Shown: positions 1 to 12,900, counted from the first letter of the stretch. The stretch is DNA of 64,000 nt from Hemiscyllium ocellatum (GCF_020745735.1 NC_083409.1:6685534-6749533); one strand, 5' to 3'. A program made the numbers and translations. The notes: generated by a model not told the origin, from the sequence alone.

Positions 1-347
1 TTGCGAAGCTCGAGGGTGGGTGGAGACCTTCAGAGTTCCCCTGACCTGCCGCTTACTGGTCCAGATCCCAAAGGGGTCGTTCACATTGATGGCTTCTCCC
101 TCAACTTGGACTACCTTCTCAGAAAAGTCAGGACATCAGACACTGGAACATAGGGTCTGTACATCTGGATTGTAACAACCCGACTACTCTGTGCAGGAAG
201 CACTCAAAATGGGATCACTGACAAGATGGAGAAAAGCGGCTCCCCTTCCTTCTCCTTGAAGACCTTCAGGAGCTGCTTGCACTGCTTCACACTTCTGAAG
301 GTCACATCAATGTAGCCTGCCCCAGTGAAATCCTGCAAGCAGTACAT
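1..347 (-). mobile_element. Tx1-clade LINE ORF1 (gag-like), downstream part of an interrupted copy
   Basis: Minus strand reads YCLQDFTGAGYIDVTFRSVKQCKQLLKVFKEKEGEP...SRVVTIQMY, with stops further on; typical Tx1 ORF1 and the continuation of the N-terminus at 2674-2950. Confidence 0.75.
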
Positions 348-2673
348 TTTTTATTTCAAAAATATACTTTATTCGTAAAATAATCATGAAATAATTTGAT
401 TGTCTGTACATTTGGTCATGCCATACATATGCCAACATTTACATACACAGAATAGAAATTATCATTGTTATATACAGGTCTGTGCATTTCTCACTCATAT
501 CCCCATATATTTAGCTGAGGCGTCAGCAGAGCCCAAACGACTGCATGGGCCTCCTGTTCTTCTTTTGGCAGGCAGATGTTAAACCGTGGTCTTTCCCCAC
601 CGTGCCGTGGCGGCAGCTGTCCCAAGCTTCAGCATGTACCTCAACATGTAGTCCTGTACCTTGGAATGTGCCAGTCTTCAACACTCAGTCGGAGTCAACT
701 CCTTCAGCTGGGACATCAACAGGTTTCGGGCCACCCAGAGAGCGTCCTTCACTGAGTTATTGATTCAGTTGATGTTCGACTCAGTGTGCATCCTAGGGAA
801 CAGGCCGGAGAGCACGGAGTCCCGCGTCACGGCGCTACTCGGGACGAACCTAGACAAACACCACTGCATTCCTCTCCAGACTTCCTCTGCATAGGCACAT
901 TCCAGAAGGAGAAGTGTGACAGTCTCTTCCCCCCAGCAGCCGTTTCGAGGGCAGCGTGCGCTGCGGCTGAGAGTTCGGGCGTGCATAAAGGATCTCACAG
1001 GCAGAGCCCTTCTCACCACCAGCCAAGCCATGTCTTGTTGCTTGTTGGACAGTTCTGGCGATGAGGCGTTCTGCCAAATGGCTTTGACAGTCTGCTCAGG
1101 GAACCGCTCGATAGGATCCGCCCTCTCCTTTTCCCTAAGGGGCTCGAGGACACTACGTGCTGAGCACTTCCTGATGGACTTGTGCTCAAAGGTGTTTTTC
1201 TTCATAAACTTCTCCACGAAGGACAGGTGATACGGAATGGTCCAACTACTCGGAGCGTTCCGCGGCAGAGAGGCCAGGCCCATCCTTCGCAACACTGGGA
1301 ACCTCAGTACGTAGTGACACTTGGTGTTTGCGTACCGGGGATCCATGCACAGCTTGATGCAGCCACACACAAAGGTGGCCATCAGAGTGAGGGTAGCATT
1401 GGGTATATTTTTCCCCCGTTGCCCAGATCTTTGTTAAGCGAGTCCCTTCGGACCCGGTCAATCTTTGAACTCCATATAAACTGGAAGATGGCCCGGGTGA
1501 CTGCAGCTGCACAGGTTCTGGGAATAGGCCAGACCTGTGCCACGTACAACAGCAATGACAGTGCCTCACACCTGATGACCAGGTTTTTTCCCACGATGGA
1601 GGGCGACTGCAGCTTCCATCTGCCCAGTTTCTGTCTCACTTTACTGATACGCTCTTCCCGAGACTTAGCGCACGCCCCAGCACCCCCGAACCAAATACCC
1701 AGCACTTTCTGGTGGTCGGTCCTGACGGTGAAGGGGATCGAGGATTGGTCGGCCCAGTTCCCGAAGAGTATGGCCTCGCTTTTGCCTCGGGGTACCTTGG
1801 CCCCCGAGTCTGCGCATGGACAGCGGATCCGAACAGAAAATGGCGACATCATCCATGCACAGGGAGGCCTTAACCTGCAGGCGCCCGCTACCAGGAAAAG
1901 TCACCCCTCTCAGGCTCGCATCCTTTCTGATGGACTCGGCAAATGGCTCTGTGCAGCACACAAACAAGACAGGAGAGAGAGGGCAGCCCTGCCTGACTCC
2001 AGATCTGACTGGGAAGCGATCTAATTCCCACCCACTGATTGAGACTGCACTGACAATGTTGGTGTAGAGCAGTCTGATCCAATTGCAGATTCCCTCCCCA
2101 AAGCCCATTTTGGAGAGAACATCTCTCATTTACCTGTGTGATATCCTGTCAAAGGCTTTCTCCTGGTCCAGGCTGATCAGGCAGGCGTCCAACACTCTGT
2201 CCTGCACGTGGCGATCGTATCCCTGAGGAGTGCGAGACTCTCAGCGATCTTCCTGTCCGGCACAGCACAGATTTGGTCAGGGTGAATCACCGACCCCAGA
2301 GCAGACCTGAACGGTTGGCGATTTCCTTTGACAGGATTTTGTAATCCGCATTCAACAGTGTGATTGGTCTTCAATTTTTGAGTTCCTCCCTCTCCCCCTT
2401 CCGCTTGTAGATGAGGGTGATGATGCCTTTCCTCATGGATTCCCTCATGGTACCTGCCCGAAGCATACTGACATACACCTCCAGCAGGTCCTGGCCAATC
2501 AAGTCTCACAGAGCGGAATAGAGCTGTCTTCTTCCTTCAGGCTGCTGAGTACAGAGCTCTCTTTGTGCACCTTCTGGAAGAAGAAACGTGAGCACGTCTC
2601 GTCCTGCTCCGCCGAGCGGACCCTGGACGAGAAGATTATCTTGGAGGCCTCCAAGGCAAAGAGCGAGGCCTGC
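348..2673 (-). mobile_element. 5'-truncated Tx1-clade LINE ORF2 (RT + C-terminal Cys motif + 3' UTR), frameshifted
   Basis: ORF track fragments: RSAEQDETCSRFFFQKVHKE, VRQGCPLSP, MDDVAIF, ISKVRQKLGRW, RCPRNGCWGEETV..EC; A-rich 3' end with AATAAA near 350-375. Confidence 0.9.
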
Positions 2674-2950
2674 CATTGCAGCAAACCGATAGCATCCCAA
2701 CAACATTTTCTTAACAAACAGGATGCTATCGACCGGTATATAACCCTTTACCTTCTTCACAGTCACCCTGACTGTGTTTCAACCCCCTGTCCAGGGCTGC
2801 GAGCGGCTGCTGAGGCCATAGCTCTTGAGGTTGGCTGGTACCTGAATTGGCGTTAGGCTGAAGCCAGCATGATGATCCACAAAGAGCAGGTCCGCACAAT
2901 CAAACGATCCTCCAACGTACAATCACAATCCAGCGATGATCTTCACTAGC
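2674..2950 (-). mobile_element. Tx1 LINE 5' end / ORF1 N-terminus
   Basis: Reads NTVRVTVKKVKGYIPVDSILFVKKMLLGCYRFAA on minus, a Tx1 ORF1 start. Confidence 0.7.
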
Positions 2951-3019
2951 TCTGATGACTCATAAATCGACACCTGTCCTGATAAAATGATCGGAGCGCC
3001 ACCAAAACAGTAATTATTA

Positions 3020-3395
3020 CAAAACACATCTCAAGAATTTGAAACCAAGGACAATGTAGCCAGGGTGACTGGCACCCAATATACAGCTTTTAATATTCCT
3101 CAGTCACTGTTGCACAATGCCAGCAGTTCAGTAACCCATCAAGGCTTATGTCTCAACACTATCCAAACTCCTGACCTCCACCTATGAAAGCAAAGATAAC
3201 AAGTACATTAGAGCTCCTCTCCAAACCATGTACCACTGAAACTTGGAATTATAAAGACATTCCTTCGCTGTCACTGGGTCAAACATCTGCAAAATTCACT
3301 TTTAGTGCAATTCAAAACTCACCACATTACGCAACATAATCAATGAAGAGCAATAAATGCTGCTACGCTTGTGATACTTGTGTCATGAATGACTA
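3020..3395 (+). mobile_element. L2-clade LINE 3' fragment, degenerate
   Basis: L2-type 3' sequence (ttccttcgctgtcactgggtcaaa; gcaataaatgctg...catgaatga). Confidence 0.55.
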
Positions 3396-3424
3396 AACGT
3401 TAATAAGACATAAAATAAACAGAC

Positions 3425-3958
3425 CAGGGGTGGGGAACCTGCGGCCTTCTCGGCCATTGTGTGTGGCCTTTTGAATGAATGCAAATTTTGCAGAACAAAT
3501 CTTTTATTTTTTTCATTTGTTTCATCCTTCATTATTTTATTTTAATTTTAACATGAATGTATTTAAAATACCAGAGAGTAAAAGTAAATTCAGCAAAATA
3601 ATCCTCACAGATTGACCGCCACAATTAAAAAATTGGTAAGTCATAAGGGATATTTCTACACCTGTTATGCTCATAATTTATTTATAATGCGACTCTAGAA
3701 TGTACGTTATCTTCCCTGCCTGACTGGAGCCACTTCTGCCTGAGGCTGGTTGGCGAGAGCCTGTGTGTATCCAGTACACCAGTGTTTATCAAGTGATGAC
3801 AACAGTGCATGTGGGTTTCCATTTGAAGTGAAATTTGAGAATAGTTACACAGTTTAACCGTATCACCAGTTATACACTTGTAGTCTCTTGGATGAGGCCG
3901 TATTAGATTACAACTAACATAATGTGGCCTTCCAACATGAAAAGCTTCCCCACCTCTG
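3425..3958. mobile_element. Non-autonomous hAT-type DNA transposon
   Basis: TIRs CAGGGGTGGGGAACC / GCTTCCCCACCTCTG; perfect 8-bp TSD AAACAGAC at 3417-3424 and 3959-3966; related copy at 55323-55660. Confidence 0.9.
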
Positions 3959-3984
3959 AAACAGACCATTGAGCCCAAGATCAC

Positions 3985-4555
3985 TCCACCTTTTAATAAG
4001 CTTATGTGTTATCTGATAATCTGCAACTCCACTTTCCTGCCTGTTCACGTACGTTTCTTACTGAACAAAAATTCATTTTAGCTTTGAATATGTTTAGCTT
4101 CCCAGCCCTGACAATCTTGTGGTGAAGAATTCCACAGATTCACTGCCCTGAGAAGAAACTCCTCCTAATTGGTTTCAAATGAGCGACGCCTTACTCCGAG
4201 ATTATGCCCTCTGGCCCTAGACTTTATCACAAAGGTGAAACACTCTCTCAGCATCTACCTTGCCAATTCTTTAGTTTCAATCAGGTTCCCTCTCATTCTT
4301 TTAAACTCCAGTCAGTACGAGTCTAACTTATTCAACCTGTCATAAGAAAATCCCTCCATACACAGAATTAACAGTGAACTTTCGCCGGATTATCTCAAAT
4401 ATCCGTATATTTTTCCTCAGATAAGGGGATCAAACTCTGCATGGTACTTTAAGTTTGATTTTAGGTATAATTTTAGCAAGACCTCTCTATTTTTACACAC
4501 TGCTCCCTTTGAAATAAAGGCCAAGAGCACTTTGCCTTCATTATTACCTGCTGAA
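3985..4555 (-). mobile_element. CR1 LINE 3' fragment
   Basis: Degenerate CR1 ORF2 C-terminal and 3' sequence (gaagaattccacagattcac, ctccgagattatgccctctgg). Confidence 0.65.
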
Positions 4556-4966
4556 CTCAGCCTCTCCATTCATATGAATTCATTTTAAATGAATCAGCCA
4601 CCAGAAGAATGATTGCATCTGAATAACAGTAGAAATAGGTTAGCAAATGCAAAAACCATAAACTCATCACAAAGCAGGCACCAGACTGCACCAAACATGA
4701 AGCACCTTTCCATCGTAGATCTGTATGTTTCCTTCTTGTTGGTAAACAAAGAATTTGGCTTTTTTTTGGAGGGGAGAGTGGTAAAATCTAGCAAATCAGA
4801 TATTGCTGACAGAATCAAGGATTCTGAAAGGAATCTGAACCACTGTAAGTCAGAGTAGGTAAGAACATCAGGTTTCCATCCATTAAAGACATGAATAAAC
4901 TATTTGTTGCAATAACGCATATGCCTGCACAATTGTTTGTTTGGAGGAGCTCATAGATACTATAAA

Positions 4967-5454
4967 TGCAGTGGTGCAAACTTCGGGCTGCGAGTCTAGG
5001 AAATAAAGTAACTAGTATGGAATATATGGAAGTTAATTTGACAGTTATGTCATTAACTTAGTGGAGTAATGCAGTATCGTGTCATGTTACAGGGCTCAAG
5101 TAACAGATAATGGTAGCAAACTCTGATAGGCTTGTTAAATCACATGATAGATGAGCTAATGCTAAAGACGATGGTGGTGTAATGTGATAGGTTAAGTGTA
5201 AGCGGTAGACCAGTGTGTCAGACGATGATTAGTTTAGAGAGACAAAGCAAGTTTGTATGATTGGTTATGCTAATGCTACCAGAGAAGTGTAGAAACTAGG
5301 AAAATATAAACTGGAGAGGTTCCAGAAGGAGGGTGGGCAGACAGGATAGACAGTTTTTGATTGCCACAGCTTGTATTTGCAAATAAAAGTTTAACTTCAT
5401 GAAGGATTTTATATATCTCCGGGTAATGGTGTGGTGGGTGTTCTTTCCACCACA
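4967..5454 (+). mobile_element. Solo-LTR-like sequence
   Basis: TG...CA ends with imperfect inverted termini (tgcagtggtg / ccaccaca), TATA-like aatataaa near 5303, AATAAA at 5382-5387; no TSD found. Confidence 0.4.
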
Positions 5455-6975
5455 CCCTTCACAATCTGTCTCTTGTTTAAAATCTAGAATGAATCATTAA
5501 TCTCTGGGAGAATGTCCTCTTTGGCAACATTGAGTGTGAAGGTCAATGACACACTCATTGTGACTTGATCCGGGTTGTCTCCAGTTAGTTTGCTCTTTGG
5601 TTCTGGGCCCAGACAGGACTGACCAAACTGAGAGGGGAGGGAGAAGCAATAACATCCTCAGAGAGAAAGGATACTCCCAGCAAGGGAGAGAGTGCATTAA
5701 AAGTGAGACCCCTCAAAGAGTGGGAACAGCAACAGCCAACGCTCCCCAATGCGGGAGAGGAGTCAGTAACAGCGACACTGCATGAGGAGGGAAAGGGGAC
5801 TGGAACTGCGATGCTGCCCAAACAGTGACAATCCTCCTGGTGGGCAAGTCAGGAATCGATTGTTCCCCACTTTCTCGCTGTGCTGTGATGTATGTTTCTG
5901 GGAAATTAGATTGTTTTATGTTTTCACAGTTGACGAGGTGATTCACTAACAAATATTCCAATTCCATATTTCCTATCACAGTAGGTCCTTGAAGGTCATC
6001 CTTTCATTTGGTGGTTGCTCAGGTTTCTGTCCAGGCTGACACAGCATGATCTACCAGTGCTGCTCCTATTGAGCTAAACCATCAAACATGAGGGAATCTG
6101 ACGGGCACTTTCTCTGTGCTGGTATAGGGAGAGATTTGCTTTTACTGCATTGGTGGCCAAAGAAATGATTCAGTGGAAGTAGTTCCAGCTGAATATAATG
6201 TTCTGATGTTTATGATGGGATTAACCTCGACAGTTCCCATTTGCTTTTAACACTGACAGTGGAACAGAGAGTCACCAAGCAGTGGTCTCCTTGCTCACAC
6301 TGAGAAACCAAGTTGATGGTATGACTGCAGAGAGCAAGACAATGGCTTGGACTCACCGAACAACCAGAGGCTTCAGCCAACAACTGGGTCACAGGCAAAT
6401 GGCGTGTTGTGTAAACGCTCAGTATCTCAGGAAACAAACAAAACTACTGAGCTACAAAACTGAACAGGATATTTTTATTGCAGATTAGCATTCCAAAAAT
6501 CAATTCCACACGTAGTATTTATAAAACCTGGGCGCAATCTCATTTCAAATATAGCTATAAATACTACAGCCTTTTCTTTGAAAGCTAGACGATAGTGAGT
6601 TGAGAATTCAAACACGCACCCAGCCCTTCACCCGGTGTTGAAGACGCATTGTCGTCATTTGCAAATGTCTCAACAACACATAACGGGAGAGAAATAATGA
6701 AAACTGTATTATCATGAGAGTGTGTACATTAAAAACGAGAACCATGATGTTAAATTATTTCAGCCATAAACAACACTGATGCATGTATGTCATTAGCTTG
6801 TTAAACAACATCAAAAAGTCTGTGATCAGAAAGAGAAAATGGACAATGTGCAGATTGTTGAACAGGCCCCTACACCTGGGCCTGAGGCAGGAGCCCAAGC
6901 TCCATCACACTGGCCTCACTTCACACCAACCTTAACACAGAGCGGGGTCATGAACTCCGGCCATCAATTCCTCAG
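5455..6975 (-). repeat. IgL C-downstream flank module, copy M1
   Basis: 5455-5600 is the reverse complement of 15150-15350; 5980-6800 of 13950-14770 (shared MAWTHR..KTEQDIF ORF translations on opposite strands); 6825-6975 matches 34205-34345 directly. Confidence 0.85.
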
Positions 6976-7326
6976 TGATTATGAAATAAAATATTAACTC
7001 CTTTTTTTTTACAGGCCATGACTGCCCTATTGTACTAAAGACTGAGATATGGTGTGTGTGTCTGTGTGGGAGACAAAGGTAGAGAGAGTGGCAGAGAAAG
7101 CCCTAAAATTCATACAAAGATTAACCCTTTGTGATTCGGTTTGAATACACATTTGTTTGAATGCTTGTCCTTTGTTCCCTGGAGTTCATGATCCAGGACT
7201 GTTTTGAATCTGATTTGCATTTTGGAAATTTAACATGATTTCTTTTAAGGTTAAGGACCCGTCAGTTGTTATGAAATAAAATGTTAACTCCTGTTCTTTT
7301 TTCAGGTCATGACTGCCCTACTGTCA
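6972..7326 (+). repeat. Two direct copies of an approximately 60-bp unit (6972-7035, 7262-7326)
   Basis: atgaaataaaat(a/g)ttaactcct...cagg(c/t)catgactgcccta occurs twice. Confidence 0.8.
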
Positions 7327-9299
7327 GTTTCTAACCAATCTCTTTTTACCTTACATGAAAGCCAACCTTATGCAATTTCAAATCAGATTAAAGTGGAGGA
7401 AAACAACATTATAAGTTTTTTTTTTGTTTCGGACTCATTTGTTTCCACTTAATTTTAAGACTGCTGTGTTTTAGTGGTGATTATTGGTAAGGGCAGTTGT
7501 AATCTTATTCGAGGAGTCCCCTCCCTCAATGATAATAGAAGTTTCAGTTCAACATTAGGTTGTGATAAATCATCTAACAAAATTAATATCCTATGGTTAA
7601 TATCTGTGTCTTTGGATTTGGCCATTATTCATGTCTTAGGATTTTTTTTTCATTTGAATATACAAGACATTTTAAGGCAGCTCCAGTTATTTCATGACCT
7701 TTGCATTGTAAATGGGCAATGACTGGTCAGGACCACTTAAGATTCCTTATCATGGATTTAAATTAAGGGACTAAAACCAGACAAGTATAGTGAATTTCAA
7801 AGTTGGGAAACGTATACATTTTTCATTTTCAATATTAAATGCTGAATAAATGAATTTCCAAAATAAAATGTTGCATGTTATTCAGATATATATTGTAAAA
7901 ATAATGACCATCACCACAGAGGAGATCTGCTCTTAAAACAAGACAAAGAGAACTAAGATCTGTTGATCCTCCAATGTCCACAAAATAAATGAAAACTTCT
8001 TTTCCGGACTGTTCTTCAGCTGGATCCCGACTCAGTAATGTGTAAAGTATGCTTGGTACCACTCCATTCAGTGCTCTCACCAAAAACAAAATCCAAACTG
8101 AATTCTATCCATATCATTAGGTGTCCCTAACAAATGATAAAGGATGCCTGCTGACTTAAACAGGTGAAACCCAGCATTGCACCCTTTCGACAATAGGGAT
8201 AGCCAAACATATCGAGGAACAGGGTCGTAAATCAATCACTGCTTCTTTTGTAGCATCACTTCCCCATTGCTATGAAGTTAGCGGGCTCCATAATGTCACA
8301 GCCATATGATACAGTGACCAGGACAAGTGAATAAGACAAATCAGCTATTTAGTTATTCTCCTCTTACAATTTTTGATTAGCTGAAAATTCAAATCGTAAA
8401 ACTAGCTTTCAGATTATGACAATCAAGATTCCAAAATGTATTGTTAGAAACAGGCTTTAAAGTTAGACAAACATAAATTGTTAAATAAGGTTAAAATGAA
8501 ACAAGGAGATCAAGTACAGAAGGGAAGAGAATGATGCAATCAGAAGAATAAAGCAGCAGAGTACAGTTTTTAAAATGTCTTAGTCACTTGTTGGGTTCCC
8601 ACCATGAATTACAGATAATGATTATTTTATTTATTATTTATTATTTTATAATAATATGTCATAATATTTGTAATGATCAATTATATTAGCCCAAATCAAA
8701 ATTATTTGGAGGAGTCGCTTGTTTTACACATTGTCAGTCACCTGTCCCATTGCCTCATGTTTAATTTAAACATGGCTGCATTAATTCATTGTTAATTAAA
8801 GAATGGAAAGCTACCTTACTGGCAAGTTGAAGAAATTCTGCATGTGATTGGGGGATAGAGATATAGCAGATGGAACTCCCAAAAGCTGGGGAGGTGACTG
8901 TGAATGGGTATATAAAAAGAAGGGACATGAGAAAACAGTGTAAGGCCACTAAGGTTGAGGAATATATAAACAAGTGTAAAGCAACAATACCACAAAATAA
9001 AGAAATTAGATTCTACTCGGAATCCCGAGGCTATGTCTGGCATACCGACAGTTTTTGAGGATTGGGGTTTTGTTCTTGTATACCCACAGAGCACCTAACA
9101 TCTCCTGATTGTCCCTAGATTTAATTTTAAACGACCCACTTGTTGCAAACCTTTGCTTCTTTTGGAAATGAAGCTTTCAGTTTTCATAGCCAATATCATA
9201 GTGATAAGTGGTCTGCGCCATCCTAAACAAGGTCCCATCCCAGGAACTAGAGTTATGTTAATGAACCAACCATGCCCCTGAGTGCAAGACCAAACTGGC

Positions 9300-9850
9300 C
9301 AAATTTGCTCAATATGTCCAAGGGTAATGCAAATGTAAATGCAGTAAAATTCTGGGAATAACATGAATATGAATGGCTTGTGTTACAAGACTGTAAGATT
9401 TGCCTGCCTGTCTGATGTTTTTGCAATGTTTTCCACCTGGAGTCACTGACAGGACCCAGACCAACATTGCGAAACAGTCCAGGAATTTTTAGTCGCAATT
9501 GAGATGAGTGGTGGTTTTCTATTGGGATGGCCAGAACCGGACTTAGCCATGATGGAAATTACAGGTAAAACCAATTGTATCCAGTGCCCACGTGATCTCA
9601 AATGCCGTATGCCAGCCCTGATAGGGCTGTTTGGAACCAGGATACCCATTGGGGTGGAACTACCTCATGTGCCCACCCGACGAGCACTGCTGGACAACCT
9701 TTTCCCGAGGGGATCCTGAAAATGGGGACAGGCAGGCCCCAGTATTTCACCTTTGAGACTGGCAACAGGGACAAATGTCTGGCCTATGCTTTAACTGTTG
9801 AAATGTGGCAATGAGGATTAATGTACCTCGGTGCTAACATTGGGAACAGA
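9300..9850 (+). mobile_element. Possible retroviral env SU N-terminal or accessory-gene remnant
   Basis: Cys/Trp-rich broken frames (CIQCPRD; AVWNQDTHWGGTTSC) upstream of and co-oriented with the env remnant; no diagnostic motif. Confidence 0.3.
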
Positions 9851-11836
9851 CATGCTTTCATCCTATCAAAAGGAAAATCTACTAATGTGCACCGATTCTT
9901 CATTGTGCTTTGAATATGATTCACGATTTTGGAGCCTTGTGGGAACATGGAAGACTTTTAACATCAAGGGGGCAGTGTTATAGTAATGTTACTTTGTCCA
10001 ATCAATCTGACAATTATCAATATGTTCGGCTCATTCTGAAGGAACTGATACTGATTCTAAAGTAGTAGGCAAGTAGATGCAGCTGCCAAGCAGGCAGCCT
10101 TACTCCCCAAACTTTTGATCCCATTTGGGTCCATAGCAAAACCCAGTTAGACACAGTATAAGGACATGTGTGCCAGACATGGGTAAGGTGCAGACATCAT
10201 TGAGGAATGAGACTGTCTGTTCAGTGCCAATTCACAATGTAGAAGTTGATTTCTGTATTGCTTACTGACTGCAAACATGCAAGTTTAGTGTTTGGATTGC
10301 TTTCCATATTGTTTAGAAATTTGGAAGTAATTTGCAAACTTCCATTTCTGCAATAATTCCTTTATATTACAATGTACTACTGACTGAATTATCAAGTGAT
10401 TTGGTTTCATTCATAGACGCTAAGCTTAAATGTCTTTAATTTGTGTATGGAGCTTATAAGAATGCACACTGGTTGATTTGATTTATCTTTGGATTGGGCT
10501 GTTAGATCTAAGAAGGAGTGTCTGCCTGAGCTATTATCTTCACTTAAGTATTTGATACTGAACAGTGATTGTTTATAGTTTTAAGACGGTACAAATATCT
10601 AAATTCAAGGGTTAGCTCAATATTACAAAATTTCAGTGTGGATTGAAAGCTTTGTGTCATGTTACCATAATTTGGGGGCAGCATTGCCCTCCATGCAACA
10701 TTCATCACCAACTTCTCTGCTCAAAATCACCATCTGGTTTCGACACTTAATTCTAAATACTGTCAACTACAGCTGTAGCTCAGGCCAGTTGATTGGGCTA
10801 AAGGTTAATATATGTTTTTATTTAGAGAATACAATATATTGCAGTACTAATCTAAATTTTAGGTAATATTGATATTTTTAGTAGCAAAACTTCAAGGAGT
10901 ATTACATCTTAGTAAAGCTGGATTTATAAAAAAGAATGCTTGCTTAATTCACCCATGCCTGGGCTTCTCCGTATAAAGTAAGAAAATAATGGGACGGAAA
11001 GGAATCTCGAGTGCAGAGTTTAAAATGAACGAGCCTTTTGCCAGTGTGGACAGTATATTTACTTAAGTGGGCTATTTGAACTTGATTAATTTGAGAATTA
11101 TTTGTTTCAAAATTGTTCTTAGCCTGCTGAAGAGCACAAATTATGGCCTCAAATAGGATACTCCCTCAATACACAAACCCGAATATGGGTGACACTTACG
11201 AGATGAGTTTGTGTTCCTTCTTTGTTGCTGCCTATTTTAATTGATTATGTGTATATTGCATATACAAGGAGGAAACGATTTATATATTATTACAATGGAT
11301 ACTCCGCGGCCTCCTACCTTGCAAGGAGGAGATGATAAAGATCGAAATTGACCGGCTGTGTGGACTTGCCATTGGCAGCATTGGTGCTGGAAGGGACAGT
11401 TTACCTATGCGATCCTGAGCAAACAGACTGTGTACCAACTACGCCAGGAAGATGTCCTTGTGTGCCGAGAAGCTGAATGTTACCAAGAATGACCATTGCA
11501 GTAATCAACTGCATCAAAAAAATTGAATAGTTAATTTACAGAACAAGTCTAAATGGTCTTTACCCTGTAAAGATGTTGTGTGCCAGTTGATTACATTTGT
11601 ACAATGGGCATCCCTGGTAAGCCTTGTCCCCTTTCAGATAGATCATGTTAAAATAGACAAAGCGGGGTGGGGGCGGGGGGGGGTGGGGATGTTATCCTTC
11701 ACTAGCAATATGTTTCTAAAAACCCATAATAAAATATTTGGAGAGGATGAAGTAGTTTTTTATGCCCTTACTTCAGCAAGAGACACCCTGACCCCTTTTA
11801 TCCTTCCAGAGATGAGGAGGGTGCACTTATGTAAAA

Positions 11837-12900
11837 GTGCCTAAAATTATCCCCTGTCCTATGATTAAATGTATCAGTCATCACTGCTTCCCTGAAGGAC
11901 CTTGCATCTCATGTGTATGCCTTAAGGAGAAATGTGTCTCTCTTACCACTGGTATTCAAACCCTTTGTAAGGTGGGTAACAGCACCCACCTTCATTCTGA
12001 TGCCCCTAATGGCACTAATATTTTCCCAATTATTGGATGTAGAACTATTCTGGGATGTCATCCACGTCCCTTATCAAGAAACCCACCTCATTCGAATAAA
12101 TAATTTTCAGCCTTTACATTCGGGGCCAAATTATGTAAACATGAATTACACAGGTACTCCAGGAAGTTACAAAGATAGGCCCGATTCTTTTTGGGAACGT
12201 CCCTCCATTATCTACACTAAACCTGGATATTATTTTTTCGGTTACAATAAGGCGTATACCTACCTTGTCCTGAATAGAGCAGGTACACATCATGATGTAG
12301 CTTTAGGAACACTATTTCCAACTACTGTTCCCTGTCCAATTACCTGGCAACAAGACTCAAATTCCCTTATTAAACATTCAGTTTCTTATGACATTTGTGC
12401 AGAATGGAAGAATGCAAGGGTTCTATAAAAAAATAAAACTCACTCTTTGGCATATGCAGCTTAGTGTTCTTTCTGTAGGATGGTCTTCAGGAGTTATTAG
12501 TCATCAAAACCATAATTATCTCATTTGTGGACTCATGATTTCATGAAATGAGACGACTGCAGCCCCAATAGAAATTAGGGTCATGCTTTCAGAATTGTCC
12601 CTGTCTAACCAAACAAAATCGCTATGCTTTGGTTTACCAACTTGTGAAGGAAGGTGGAGTTTGCACCATAGTCAAAGGAAAGTGTATCATGGGGGTCACT
12701 AATTTCATCGAAACCATTACCAGGCATCCACACTTTTGTCAACCAAATGAATTAAGGTGCAGGATTGGGAGATTGGTGTTTTGGCTCATTGTACAACTGG
12801 TCAATCAGCATGGCTATGTATGCTGCTATTGTTTCAGTTGGTCATTTTGTTGGTATTGCTATTGTTAAGAGTACTTTGCTAAATTATTAATTTCTATTGA
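11837..12900 (+). pseudogene. env: Endogenous retrovirus env (SU C-terminal part + TM), frameshifted
   Basis: SU-like Cys/N-glycan-rich frame (GPCISCVCLKEKC, NST, NGT), PGYYFFGYNKAYTYL..ALGTLFP, ISD-like QNRYALVYQLVKEGGVCTIVKGKC at 12614-12685, hydrophobic anchor (WSISMAMYAAIVSVGHFVGIAIV) near 12790-12870. Confidence 0.85.

Noticed and set aside
4649-4657. Nonamer-like GCAAAAACC
   Set aside because: No heptamer at either spacer distance and no Ig segment nearby.
7005-7025. cag|gccatgac identical to the C2 splice acceptor start
   Set aside because: Similarity ends after 11 nt; no Ig C sequence follows.
8820-9060. Possible retroviral integrase C-terminus upstream of env
   Set aside because: No convincing GPY/F or DDE motif in any frame.
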